A stretch of DNA of 64,000 nt from Eledone cirrhosa. Taxonomy: Eukaryota. The stretch is taken from contig OZ024743.1 of the NCBI GenBank assembly GCA_964016885.1, forward strand, positions 5,890,001 through 5,954,000, in the 5' to 3' direction. The notes under the pieces were generated by a model that saw only the letters and a program-made list of their open reading frames with translations, was not told where the DNA came from and searched no databases. Shown in pieces: positions 11,440 to 24,500 of the stretch (its first letter is position 1; every line of letters begins with the position of its first letter). Both the position numbers and the translations under genes were made by a program.

Positions 11440-11926
11440 CATTATGTCTTTAACCAAGACACTATTTCAGTTCACTCAGCTGGAAAAAAAATGAGCTACG
11501 ATGTCACTGGTGTCAAGTTGTATCAGCCTTAGCCATTCCCTTAGATCAGGTATGTCAAAAATGCAGTCTGCAGGCCGCATGCAGCCCTTTACAAGCACAC
11601 CTGCGGCCCACACAAAAGTTTTTACAGCACAAGCTTTTTTTATCTTTGTAATATAAAATTTAAAAAAATTAGTTGTAATGTGTGCAATTAGTTGTCGTGT
11701 GTGGCCCTAAGACAACACATATGTGACCCATGTGATCCTCGAGGGACCCTCAGTTTGACATGACTGCCTTAGACAACATCAGTGGCATGGAAAGGAGAGA
11801 CTGGTATTCATTGACAACTGCTGGGCTTTCACTAAACATCTTGCTCAGGCTTGTACCTTAGAGGGGAATATTCTAGGTGCAGAACCCATGGTCATTTGTG
11901 ACCGAACTGCGGTCTTTACCCTTTAC
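11440..11926 (+). mobile_element. Second SINE family (headless copy) interrupted by a hAT MITE
   Basis: 3' part (AGGGGAATATTCTAGGTGCAGAACCCATGGTCATT...TCTTTACCCTTTAC) recurs at 13740-13865. Confidence 0.55.
11547..11766. mobile_element. hAT (Charlie-like) MITE, 220 bp
   Basis: TIRs CAGGTATGTCAAA and TTTGACATGACTG; 8-bp TSD CCTTAGAT/CCTTAGAC. Confidence 0.8.
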
Positions 11927-11975
11927 TCATAACAGTTGATATATCTTTAAATGTTTATTTAACTTCTTAAACTAG

Positions 11976-12145
11976 GTTGACTCTCTAGTCAAAGATGCTT
12001 TATCAAAAGGTGCCCAAAAGATATTTGGAGGTGAAAGACTTCCAATTGGGACAAATTTCTTCCAACCCACCCTGATATCTGGAGTAACAAGTGACATGCG
12101 TTGTGCCAATGAAGAGATTTTTGGACCATTGGCACCTGTAATCAA
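11976..12145 (+). CDS. ALDH5A1: SSADH internal exon (VDSLVKDALSKGAQKIFGG...FFQPTLI...EEIFGPLAPVIK)
   Basis: actag acceptor, AA|gtaagc donor, 170 bp; ALDH EEIFGP motif; in frame with the 3584-3742 exon. Confidence 0.95.
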
Positions 12146-12309
12146 GTAAGCTATAAAATACATTTACTATTAATCTACTTATCTGTTCTTCTTATCTATT
12201 TATCTGACCAATTTCTTCATCTGTCTAAACCATCTATGTATGTATTTGTTACTTTTTGTAACAATCAGAAAGCTACACAATGTGAGGGCACAACAGATTT
12301 TATAATAAG

Positions 12310-12480
12310 CCATCATCATGATCATCATTTAAGCTCTATTTTTACATGCTAGCATGGGTTAGACAGGCTGTCCTGTTTGAAGCAAGTTGGGTCAGGTGAC
12401 CGTGCCTTGCTCACACAGAACTGTTTCTGGCTTTGTCTCTATGACTGGATGTCCTTCCTAATGCCAACCACATTTACAGT
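12310..12480 (-). mobile_element. RTE 3'-UTR fragment
   Basis: CATCATCATGATCATC...CATGCTAGCATGGGTTAGAC...CTGGATGTCCTTCCTAATGCCAACC matches 9962-10120 and 17046-17200. Confidence 0.7.
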
Positions 12481-12659
12481 AGTATATAAAAAAACAAACT
12501 ATGCCTGCTTGGCTAGTTTAGGCACAAATATAACTGTTATCCAAAAATGAAAACTTGATAGAATTCCCTAATATCATATTTAAATCTACAGATTTGATAC
12601 ATACTATGTTACTCACATCTTCAGTCTATTTTTCTTATATAACCCTAGAGAATAGTTAA

Positions 12660-14230
12660 TTGTTGTTGTTGTGAATCCCTGGGTCAGCTCTGACTGAGTA
12701 GACCCATGGTATATAGGAATTAAGCTGAATGAATATGTGTGATCTACAAATCCATACATCTTCCAACATACAGTACTGAAGGATATGGGATGCAGTGTAG
12801 CAGATGTATTTTCTTCAGTCTTTATTTTTGTGACTAGTGTTGTTGTGTAGCTAAGTTAACCCTCATTGAGCAAACTGGTTTAACCTTTTAGCATTTAAAC
12901 CGGCTGTATCTGGCCAGAATTCTCTCGCCTCTTTCTGTTCAAACTGGCTGTAACTGGTCATTCATACTGAAGTTAAGGTATTGTTCTCAAAATAAATATC
13001 AAAATCTCATAGATTTGATACTACATGAGATAATTATGTGAGGTAAAACCTTTACCATGAAAATATAATAGTAAATATAGAGTAATGTAAATGGTAAAGG
13101 CATTCTAGCCATGATAATCCTTTCTTTTTAGAGATATGTAAGACTACATTATCTAATGTGTCTTTTCTTCTTTAAGATAATAACGTGTGATTTGATAGGA
13201 ATTTAGCTGCTATTTCAAGCAGATATTGATGATGGCTACAACAGAAGTAAGCCAGATGGACCTGGTTAGAGCATGACAGCTATTCCTTTGTTCTTATTAG
13301 TGGTGTACAACTCTGCACAATCCATGGGGCTAATCAGGCTACTGATTATGTGATTTTTATGTGTATGTGTTTTTATATTAGGATGATTTTGTTGTAATAG
13401 TTTGAGTATTGAAGATATCCCTGTTTAAGGATAATTGGGCATATTGTGGCATGGGCTGTGAAAGTTGGAACTTGCTGTTGTAAAAAGCTATGCCCTTTAC
13501 ATGTCCACATGATCTTGCATTTTTAGTCTGTTTTGTTTATATTGTTTAAGAAATGTGTGGTTCTGGTCTGTCTGTAGCCTGTGATGATATAAAATACTCT
13601 GTTTCATATTCTTTATAGTTTATTTTATTTAATTCATTTTGTAATGAAGTGTTGGAGTACAAGCAATACTGGTAAAATTCCTGATGGATCTAATTTATTG
13701 CATGGCTTAGTGGTTAGTGCGTTGGGCTTTTGATTCCTGAACTGGTATGCATGGGTGACTGCTGGTCTTCCACAAACAACCTTGTCTGGACTTGTGCCTT
13801 GTAGGGGAATTTTCTAGGTGCAAATCCCATGGTCATTCATGACTGAAGGGATCTTTACCCTTTACATTGATGTAGTTGTTCTTTTTTCTTGACCAAATGT
13901 TGTATCTTTGACAGCTCGACATTTGTGCATCATTTTTGTTGTCTTCTCTATGTGCTGTGAATATCATAGAAATATTATATGTAATTCCTGGTATTTTTGT
14001 CTTATGAGTATGTGGTGTGCTTATGTTGAGAGTTAATTGGTATCACTGGTTGTTGTTGTTTAACCCCACGTCTACCCTGATATAGAAGATCCTATGATCA
14101 AAGGTATTCAAACCATGACTATCTCATCTTTATCTAGGTTCTTTCTTAAGTCAAATGACAGGTTGTGATTTGAGAGGTATTTGGTTACCATTTTTAATAG
14201 GACATGCGACCATGCAGAGGTTCCAAAGAA
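12660..14230 (-). repeat. Cluster of degenerate interspersed repeat copies (~12660-12725, ~12838-13225, ~14048-14225), one with a possible TTAA-type MITE remnant at ~12880-13100
   Basis: Recurrent (GTT)n-AACCC...CCTATGATCAAAGG(C/T)ATTC...GTGATTTGA.AGG.ATTT.G.T.C.ATTT segments. Confidence 0.45.
13700..13865 (+). mobile_element. Internally deleted SINE of the second family with tRNA-like head
   Basis: GCATGGCTTAGTGGTTAG A-box, TTGATTCC B-box remnant, 3' end shared with 11800-11926. Confidence 0.55.
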
Positions 14231-14315
14231 CTAGTGGATTTAGTAGGTAGTACTTCCTCTATATTATCAGATAATAATGATCATTGGAGAAGGTGATACA
14301 TGTTATATATATATA

Positions 14316-16397
14316 TGGTCATGAATACTAAATATAAGAAGTTCAAAACCAACAAGCTTCATAAAGACATGGATACCTTTCTAAACAAGCTGCGCACCAC
14401 TAACGGGATTATTGTCAAAGCGGATAAAACATCTAACGTGTACACAATGGACATTAATACTTACCACAACCTTATACGAAAGGAATTACATAAAAAATAT
14501 AAGAAAACCAATAACAAAGCACTACTTAACATCAACAAACAAGCACACCATATTGTCAAAAGTCTAGAACTTGAAGATAGAACTGAGCCCATGACAACTT
14601 GCACCCCCACCTTTAATCTTAAGGACCACAAATTAGATTTCCTAGATAAACCCACTATTAGATTAATATGCCCATCTAAGTCAGACATAGGTAAAATTAG
14701 CAAGCATATTTTAGATAGAATAATAATACAATTAAGGAATAAACTAGTTATTAAACTTTGGGACAATACTAGCGACACAATTAAATGGTTTAATAGTATA
14801 GATAACAAAAATACCTCTAACTTTATACAATTCGACATTAATGACTATTACTCCTCCATATCACCCGATACTCTAAACAAGGCACTAGAATTTGCGAAAG
14901 ACAACTCTGACTTAACCGACGACGAAATAAACATTATCATAGCAGCTAGAAAGACGATAATTAAATTTGAAAATAACTTTTGGATACGTAAGGATAGAAT
15001 AGATAACTTTGACATAACTATGGGTGCTAATGACTCAGCACAAGTTACGGATATTGTTGGTTTATACATAGCCCACACCTTACATAATAAAGTTAGTTAC
15101 CTTCAAGGCGGAATATATAGAGATGACGCTCTCCTATTAGTTAAAAACATGAATAAACAAAACATAGAACGAACCCGTAAGAGCATTAGAAGAACCCTAG
15201 ATAGCCTTGGCCTTAAAATCACCTACGAATATAGTACCAAAGTAGTTAACTTCCTAGATGCCACCTTCAACCTCAACACCCAAATTATCACACCCTTTCA
15301 CAAAAACAATGAGAACCTCACCTACATCCACACTAGCTCTAACCACCCACTATCTATTATAAGGTCCGTGCCACATAGTATATCACTTAGAATATCCCGC
15401 CTCTCATCTAACCAACAAATATTCAATCAACATGCTGAATACTACAACACTGCATTAGAACGGGCTGGCCACACCGACAAACTAGAATACATGGACCCAC
15501 ACAACCATAAAACACATAACCACAGACATGCTAAACGCCCCACAAACACACGCACACACGCACCTAGACCCCCTAATACTAACCACACCACAAATACAAC
15601 AGCAACATCAAAGCAAAACAGAACATGGAGTAGATCTTACATTTGGTATAATCCTATTTTTAACTCTTCTATTAGCTCTAACTTACCTTCCACATTCTAC
15701 AAAATTATAAAAAAACACTTTCCAAATTCACATAAATATAGTAGTATACTTAATACCAAAGCAATTAGACTATCTTATTCCACTGCACCAAACCTAGACG
15801 CACACATTAAGATGCTCAACGCCAAAAAACTCCGTAACAACAACACCCCAATCACTCAACACAATAATACACCTAATACACAACCACCCACTAACAATCA
15901 GTATGCACAAAACACACACATCCCAGCCCACCTATAACTCCACCACTGCCCATAACAGAAATTGTAATTGCCACCTTCCAGAGACGTGTCCATTGAATAA
16001 CGAATGTTTGCATTCAAACCTAGTGTACAGGTGCTCGGTTGAGTCGGGCAACCAAACCTGGCACGACATAGGCAGCACTGCAAACACCTTCAAAACTCGT
16101 TGGTACACGCATCGTTACGCAATAAAGCACCACCAACACCGTTACGTAACGACTCTCGCCGACTAAATTTGGTACTTAAAAGGGAGTAACCGACAATACA
16201 CCCTTAAATGGACCAAACTCTCACATGCTCCTCCATACCAGAGTGGGATGAAAACGTGCCCGTTGTGTAATAATGAGCTCTTCCATATCCTAAGCTCAAG
16301 CCACCAACTACTCAACAACAAAATTGAAAGGTCAATTTTTTGCCAGCATAAACTGAAAGCGAAATTCTCACACTTCAAACCTTCAACCAAATCCTAA
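14316..16397 (+). pseudogene. PLE reverse transcriptase plus GIY-YIG endonuclease (one frameshift near 15935, premature TAA at 16164, YIG changed to DIG)
   Basis: KADKT, QFDINDYY, MGA, YRDD, FLD, SNHP; CNC...CPLNNECL...VY...DIG...FKTR...H; CPLC...E...LN...CQH; stop at 16395-16397. Confidence 0.88.
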
Positions 16398-17030
16398 CAC
16401 TACCTATCTTTCTACCCTAAATAACAATTCTACACCCCTAAAAATAGACTATATATGAAATTTAATACTTTCTTCCTTCATTTGTTCTCTGGTAAGACTT
16501 TCGCCTGTCCACTTCCAAATGCCTCTTAAAATTCTATCTTCCTTCTCTCTCCCTCTACTCATCACAACTTTTAGCACACAACCCTCCTCCCCCTCCCTAT
16601 ACAAATCCTCTCACACCACACTATCTCTTTCTCTCCCTACCTCCATCCCTTTTCTCTCTCTCTCTCCCTCTCTTTTGCCCCTCTCTCTTTCTGTTCCTCT
16701 ATCTTACACTACTACCCCTTATTTCATTTCCTAAGGTCATTCCAACTTTGTATTTTGAAAATTCGGATGCCACAGTATCTTTCTTGATTGCCTATTATAA
16801 CATAGTGTAACAATAATGGACTGAAACTCTGATGAAACAATTGTAAATACGTGGATTAAATCCTTTTGTAACTGTTTACCTTCGTCCTATTTCTCTTCTT
16901 TGATTACACTCCTCGTGTGTTCGTGTTTCCACCACAGAATCCCTACCAACCTGTCGAGTCACCTTAACGTATGTTGAGAACTTTCCTCACAACTTGTTCT
17001 ACCAAGCTTTGGAATACTCCTAATAACTGA
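14316..17030 (+). mobile_element. Penelope-like element (Naiad-like), 5'-truncated, inserted in (TA)n
   Basis: RT+GIY-YIG ORF followed by a ~630-bp 3' region with a CT-rich tract; TA repeats at both ends. Confidence 0.88.
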
Positions 17031-17045
17031 ATATATATATATATA

Positions 17046-18684
17046 TCATCATCATCAATGTTTAACGTCCGTGTTCCACACTTGCATGGGTTTGGACGGG
17101 GGTTTTCCCACTTGAGGCAAGAGTGAATATCTTGCTCGCATAGGACTATCTGGCGGGTTTTCTACAGCTGGATGCCCTTCCTAACACCAACCACATTTAC
17201 AGTGTGGGGCTGGGAGGTTTTTACTGTGTTGCCTACACGGCCACATTACAGCGTGAACTGTGTGTTTTTTTGACGTGACACCTACACGATCTCATTTGTT
17301 TCGGCCTGGATGTTGTGGCACCAACATAACTTTACATTGAAAGGGGCGGTGTGGATGGGGTGGGGGTGGTGGGACGGGGGTGTATTTTGTTAGAGATGCC
17401 TACTGACTGTAGTAGGTTTTACTTTGTATTTAGGTAAGGCGGGTCTTCTCTATTACTGAGTACCGGCAACGGTCTTGGTCCAGTGACATTGTCTTGGTGA
17501 GGTGTAGGTGTGTGAGGTCGGACTTTATCAAGTCGTCCCAGGTTTTTCTGGGTCTGCCTATTCCGTGGCTACCATCTATCTTTATTGCCCTGCACTTTGT
17601 TATACAACTATCGTCCTTCATGCGCATCACGTGACCATACCAACGTAGCCTTCTCTCGAGTAAACAACATCTGATCCCTCTTATTTCTAATTTTTTCCTT
17701 AGTTCGTTTATGCTTTGCCGTTCACGTATATTACTATTACACATCCAGCGGAGCATGCAAGCTTCGTTTCTCTCTAGTCTGCGTATATCCTCTGCACACA
17801 ATGCCCAGGTCTCACTGCCATGCAACATTGCTGTTCGTATGCAGGCATCGTACAACCTGCCTTTCATTTTTAGGGAGAACCCTTTAGCGGCTAATAGTGG
17901 TATAAGCTCTCTGAACTTTTTCCATCCAGTTCTGACTCTAGCTACTGTACTTTCAGAGCACCCTCCCCCACTGCTGATTTTGTCCCCCAGGTAACGGAAG
18001 CTGTCCACTATTTCTATAGAACCCTCTGCGCAGTTGAAAGAGCTAGTATTTTGTGGGCACTTGCTGCTACTTATTGCACCAGAGCACCGGCCACATGTAA
18101 AATCTATGTTCTTAGTTAGCTTACCTGTGATCCCACTACATCTTTTATGCACCCATACTTTGCATTTGGGACACAAAATGGAGTTTCTACCTACGCCTTT
18201 CCTACACACTGAGCATGGCCACTTCCCGGAAGGGACCGCTGCCTTATTTTCTTTCTTACAAACTAGAACTTTAGTCTTAGCCAGGTTAATTTTAAGGCCT
18301 TTTGATTCTAGGCCGTGCTTCCATGTTTGGAATTTCTTCTCTAGCTCGGCCATTGATTCAGCTATGAGTGTTAGGTCATCTGCGTATAGGAGTTCCCATG
18401 GGCAACCGGTCTTGAACTCCTCTGTTATAGCCTGAAGGGCAATAATAAATAGTAGGGGGCTGAGAACAGAGCCCTGATGGACGCCAACTTTTACGCTAAA
18501 CTCTTCACTATATTCGTTGTTAATTCTAACCTTGCTGACTGTTTCTTTATACATGGCTTGTATAGCTCTCACAAGCCATTCGTCAACACCTAGTTTTCTA
18601 AGAGCCCACCAGATAATGGAACAGGGGACTCTGTCGAAGGCTTTCTCCAAGTCGACAAAAGCTAAGTATAGGGGTTTACTTTTG
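17046..18684 (-). mobile_element. 5'-truncated RTE-clade LINE, copy 2 (uninterrupted RT C-terminal ORF 17430-18684)
   Basis: FVDLEKAFDRV, GVHQGSVLSP, LLYADD, Cys-rich insert, YLGD, LHGSETW, LRWYGHV; 3' end GGACGTTAAACATTGATGATGAT. Confidence 0.93.
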
Positions 18685-19959
18685 TATATATGTTCTAATA
18701 GGTAACTGGGTTTGTGATCCAGTCATTCTGATCAGCTGACCATGGTATAATAAGCAAACATCACTTGATATCATAGATGTGGTGTCTCATGGGTGGTACA
18801 GGAGCAGAGTTAAATACTTCAATGAAAAACATGTGATGACCAGAATTAAATAACTTCCTTTATTGATGCACATAATACCTAATTTTTGTGGCTGATTAAT
18901 TTACGTCATCAAACCATGACACAAAACAATTGGTGATGTCTTCAGATAATATGAACTTAATAGCAATCCTTACTGAGGCACAGCAAAAATAAGGACAAAA
19001 AACAAAGAGTTAATGATACAGTGTTTTTGTTTTGTTTATTGTTGTGTGTTGTTATGATGGACATATAGAATGGGAGTATTGTTGACCATGTGGTTGTAGT
19101 AGCCAGGGGTTTGGGTAGAAAGTTATAAATCTACTTCTAACTTAGATGTATTGGTGAGGGAGTGTTTAAGATGTAAAGAAGTTTAGTATTGTCTGCATTA
19201 TTCTACAAGCAGCATGTGTTGGATGCATTAAAGTTTCTTCTAATTAGGAGTTTTTACTGTATGTGAATGTTGAAATTTGGTATATAATATAGCGAAAGAG
19301 TTAATGAGGTTAGTGGTGTTATGTGTATGCTTATTATATTAATGTAATGTTAGTGTTTATTTTGAATGTTTACATTTCCACTCACTCACTTGCTTGAGGT
19401 CTTATAGGAAACAATTATTGTAAAAATATATGGTATGAGGTGTTTTGGTTTTAAGTATACTTTCCTAACATTTATTCTGTTCAAAAACAATTCCATCATA
19501 TTCCTCTAATGCATATTTAGACATTGGATTAGATCCACATTTAATACTTTGTAACCAGGTGGTGCTATTAAATTACACATGACAGGAGCTACTTCTGGTT
19601 GAAATATATCTTAGTCATATTTAGTCTGGTTTGAAGTTAGTTTAGTTAAAAACTGTGTAAACTTCTACTCGGAATGGTAAGAAACTATATGATGAACTTG
19701 ACCCAATAATTTAAGTAGACTTTCAAAGTTTATTTCATAAACCATCAGCTTTTTTGAATTCTCAGGACTCAAATGGATTACTGTGTGTCTCTGGTTTCTA
19801 TAACAAGCTGTACATCAAATGTTTTGGTTTATCACAAAATTTAGGCACTAAATAGAGCAATGTAGTATACTTTTGTGTGTTTTTGTGTAAATAAAAGTCT
19901 AAGAAAGGAGAAGGCAACAAACATTTTCATCATGTTAAATATTATGTTAATAATTACAG

Positions 19960-20018
19960 ATTTGAAACAGAAGATGAAGCAGTCACTCTTGCCAATGCTA
20001 CATCATATGGACTTGCTG
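19960..20018 (+). CDS. ALDH5A1: SSADH internal exon ((K)FETEDEAVTLANATSYGLA(G))
   Basis: ttacag acceptor, G|gttagt donor, 59 bp; completes the split AA|A Lys codon; ALDH EA...AN...YGL motif. Confidence 0.93.
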
Positions 20019-20062
20019 GTTAGTACTCTTTTTTAATGACTAAAGATTTCCATTTTTTATAG

Positions 20063-20520
20063 TCTTCTTTTCTTCTTCTTCACCCACTTATTCCTGAGAG
20101 GGTTGTGGTGGAAGAGTCCTCAAACACTCCTTCCAGCGGGTCCTGTCAGAAGCAACATCTCCAACTGATCTGGCTGGATCCCCAAGTGAGACGAGCCATC
20201 TTGCTTGGAGTCTACCACTGGGTCGCCTGTTGGTTGGTTTCACCCATAAAACCTGTTCAGCGATTTGTTTTCCTGAGACATTCTAACCACATGCCTATAG
20301 TATCAGAGCTGTGATCTCTCAATTCAGAGAAGTAGTGGCTCTACCTAGAGTGACTCTCTCATCTCTGAGTTACATTATTCCAAAGCAATGTTATTCCAAA
20401 GACCCTTCGGAGGAACACCATTTCGTCTGCTTGTATTCGCGATCATATTCTTTTGGTCATTACCCAAGATTCATGACCATATATAAGGGTTGACACGAAT
20501 ACCAAATTGGAGATGGCGAG
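20063..20520 (-). mobile_element. Decayed RTE LINE 3' fragment of a different family (Rex3/Expander-like motif)
   Basis: VFVSTLIYGHESWVMTKRI*SRIQADEMVFLRRV; (GAA)n tail at ~20063-20080. Confidence 0.7.
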
Positions 20521-20544
20521 CTTGGCTTTTACACCTACCTCCCT

Positions 20545-20665
20545 TCTTTTGATTACTGAATGCTGAAAGGTAAAGTTGACTTTGGCAGTATTTGAACTCA
20601 GAATGCAAGGAACTGGAATAAATAATGTAATGTTTTTCTTCTTCTGTTCTAATAGCTTTGCCAAT
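20545..20665 (-). mobile_element. Head fragment of the same SINE family as 2890-3305
   Basis: Reverse strand reads TTGGCAAAGCTATTAG...TTCTGAGTTCAAATACTGCCAAAGTCAACTTTACCTTTCAGC. Confidence 0.6.
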
Positions 20666-21557
20666 ACATCACAGCAATTTTGAATAACATGTTTTCCAGT
20701 AACTACACATCCAGTGTATAGTTACTGGCTATCATGTTGACTAGGTATTTGTAGTAAGAGAATGTGGTCAGTGATTGCTGTTGTACTGAGAAAGCAAAGA
20801 GGCGGGAGAATAGCTCAGTGTGCTATTGACAGATGATCTTAGTTTTCTACATGTTAACTGTGAAGCCTTTTCTCTCATTAACTCACTTTACATTTCTCCT
20901 TTATTTCTTAGTATCAACATTTTGGTTGCACTGTTTACTAAAGTGAATTCAACGATATAATCCATCTTTTATTGTCAGTTGTATAAGAATGTAATAATAT
21001 AATGCTTACAGAACAAAAACACAAACACATATAATACATACAAATATAAACACTTAAAAGAGAGATTAAAAAAAACATAAAAAGGGGGGTGCAATTCACG
21101 ACCAAGTGCGTTATTTTCCATGCAGATATCATCTATACATAACTTAGATATATAAAACCTTAAAAATATCGTCCAATAGGTAAATAGCTATTTTGTCTTT
21201 TTAAACTACACAAATATATTGTCACTAAATTTTCCTCTCAACTCATGAACAGCTCACAGCTTTACAAACTTTTCAAATTCTAGACTTCACAATCATACAT
21301 CTCTAACATTATGAAAATTGCATTTCTATGTTTACTGTTGAGCCAGAAAAGACTTCAGCATTGATCAATTTCTAACCTTTACATACCACAAGTGTAACTA
21401 TATATCTGGATGGTGTCCCTGCCACACACAAATCTGAGACCACATTCAAAAACATACTATTTGGCAACTTGGCAAGAATTCAGCCAACATTGCATTACAA
21501 CTCTTAATATTATTATAATGGCTTCAACTCCTTTGAACTAGAAAGCTGCTTCTACCT

Positions 21558-24500
21558 CCATATAAAATATATCCCCCACCATACTAACTATATCCCCCAC
21601 CATACAAACTATATCCCCCACCATCCAAACTATATCCCCCACCATACAAACTATATCCCCCACCATATAAACTGTATCCCCCCCACCATCCAAACTGTAT
21701 CCCCCACCATATAAACTGTATCCCCCACCATACTAACTGTATCCCCCACCATACTAACTATATCCCCCACCATATAAACTATATCCCCCCACCATACAAG
21801 CTATATCCCCCACCATACTAACTGTATCCCCCACCATACTAACTGTATCCCCCACCATATAAACTATATCCCCCACCATATAAACTATATCCCCCACCAT
21901 ATAAACTATATCCCCCCACCATACAAGCTATATCCCCCCACCATATAAACTATATCCCCCACCATCCAAACTATATCCCCCACCATACTAACTGTATCCC
22001 CCACCATACTAACTGTATCCCCCACCATATAAACTATATCCCCCACCATACAAACTATATCCCCACCATATAAACTGTATCCCCACCATACAAACTATAT
22101 CCCCCACCATATAAACTGTATCCCCCACCATACTAACTGTATCCCCCACCATATAAACTATATCCCCCACCATATAAACTATATCCCCACCATACAAACT
22201 ATATCCCCACCATATAAACTGTATCCCCACCATACAAACTATATCCCCCACCATATAAACTGTATCCCCCACCATACAAACTATATCCCCCACCATATAA
22301 ACTGTATCCCCCACCATATAAACTATATCCCCACCATATAAACTATATCCCCCACCATATAAACTGTATCCCCCACCATATAAACTATATCCCCCACCAT
22401 ATAAACTATATCCCCCACCATATAAACTGTATCCCCCACCATATAAACTGTATCCCCCACCATATAAACTGTATCCCCCACCATATAAACTGTATCCCCC
22501 ACCATACTAACTGTATCCCCCACCATACAAACTATATCCCCCACCATACAAACTATATCCCCACCATACTAACTGTATCCCCCACCATATAAACTGTATC
22601 CCCACCATACAAACTATATCCCCCACCATACTAACTGTATCCCCCACCATACTAACTGTATCCCCCACCATACAAACTATATCCCCCACCATACTAACTG
22701 TATCCCCCACCATACAAGCTATATCCCCCACCATACTAACTGTATCCCCCACCATATAAACTATATCCCCCACCATACTAACTGTATCCCCCACCATATA
22801 AACTGTATCCCCCACCATATAAACTATATCCCCCACCATATAAACTGTATCCCCCACCATACAAACTATATCCCCCACCATACTAACTGTATCCCCCACC
22901 ATATAAACTGTATCCCCCACCATATAAACTATATCCCCCACCATATAAACTGTATCCCCCACCATACAAGCTATATCCCCCACCATACTAACTGTATCCC
23001 CCACCATATAAACTATATCCCCCACCATATAAACTGTATCCCCACCATATAAACTGTATCCCCCACCATATAAACTGTATCCCCACCATACAAACTATAT
23101 CCCCCACCATATAAACTGTATCCCCACCATATAAACTGTATCCCCCACCATATAAACTATATCCCCCACCATATAAACTGTATCCCCCACCATATAAACT
23201 GTATCCCCCACCATATAAACTGTATCCCCCACCATACAAACTGTATCCCCCACCATATAAACTGTATCCCCACCATATAAACTGTATCCCCCACCATATA
23301 AACTGTATCCCCACCATACAAACTATATCCCCCACCATATAAACTGTATCCCCCACCATATAAACTATATCCCCCACCATATAAACTGTATCCCCCACCA
23401 AACAAGCTATATCCCCCACCATACTAACTGTATCCCCCACCATATAAACTGTATCCCCCACCATATAAACTGTATCCCCACCATACAAACTATATCCCCA
23501 CCATATAAACTATATCCCCCACCATATAAACTGTATCCCCACCATACAAACTATATCCCCCACCATATAAACTGTATCCCCACCATACAAACTATATCCC
23601 CCACCATATAAACTGTATCCCCACCATACAAACTATATCCCCCACCATATAAACTGTATCCCCCACCATACTAACTGTATCCCCCACCATACAAACTATA
23701 TCGCCCACCATACTAACTGTATCCCCCACCATACAAACTATATCCCCCACCATACAAAATATATCCCCACCATACTAACTGTATCTCCACCATACTAACT
23801 GTATCCCCCACCATACAAACTATATCCCCCACCATACAAACTATATCCCCCACCATCCAAACTGTATCCCCCACCATACTAACTGTATCCCCCACCATAT
23901 AAACTGTATCCCCCACCATATAAACTGTATCCCCCACCATATAAACTGTATCCCCCACCATACTAACTGTATCCCCCACCATACTAACTGTATCCCCCAC
24001 CATATAAACTGTATCCCCCACCATATAAACTATATCCCCCACCATACAAACTATATCCCCCACCATATATACTATATCCCCCACCATATAAACTGTATCC
24101 CCACCATACAAACTATATCCCCCACCATACTAACTATATCCCCCACCATACAAACTATATCCCCACCATACAAACTATATACCCCCACCATACTAACTGT
24201 ATCCCCCACCATACAAACTATATCCCCCACCATATAAACTATATCCCCCACCATACAAACTATATCCCCCACCATATAAACTGTATCCCCACCATACAAA
24301 ATATATCCCCCACCATACAAACTGTATCCCCCACCATACAAACTATATCCCCCACATACAAACTATATGCCCCACCATACTAACTGTATCCCCCACCATA
24401 TAAACTGTATCCCCACCATACAAACTATATCCCCCACCATACAAACTATATCCCCCTCACCATACAAACTGTATCCCCACCATACTAACTGTATCCCCCA

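Noticed and set aside
15940-16400. Selenocysteine recoding as reported for some Naiad PLEs
   Set aside because: The cysteines use TGT/TGC, the only internal stop is TAA, and no convincing SECIS was seen
20745-20837. Candidate next SSADH exon after ctag (GICSKRMWSV...)
   Set aside because: No similarity to the expected GYFYS...RVAE...PFGG segment and a weak polypyrimidine tract
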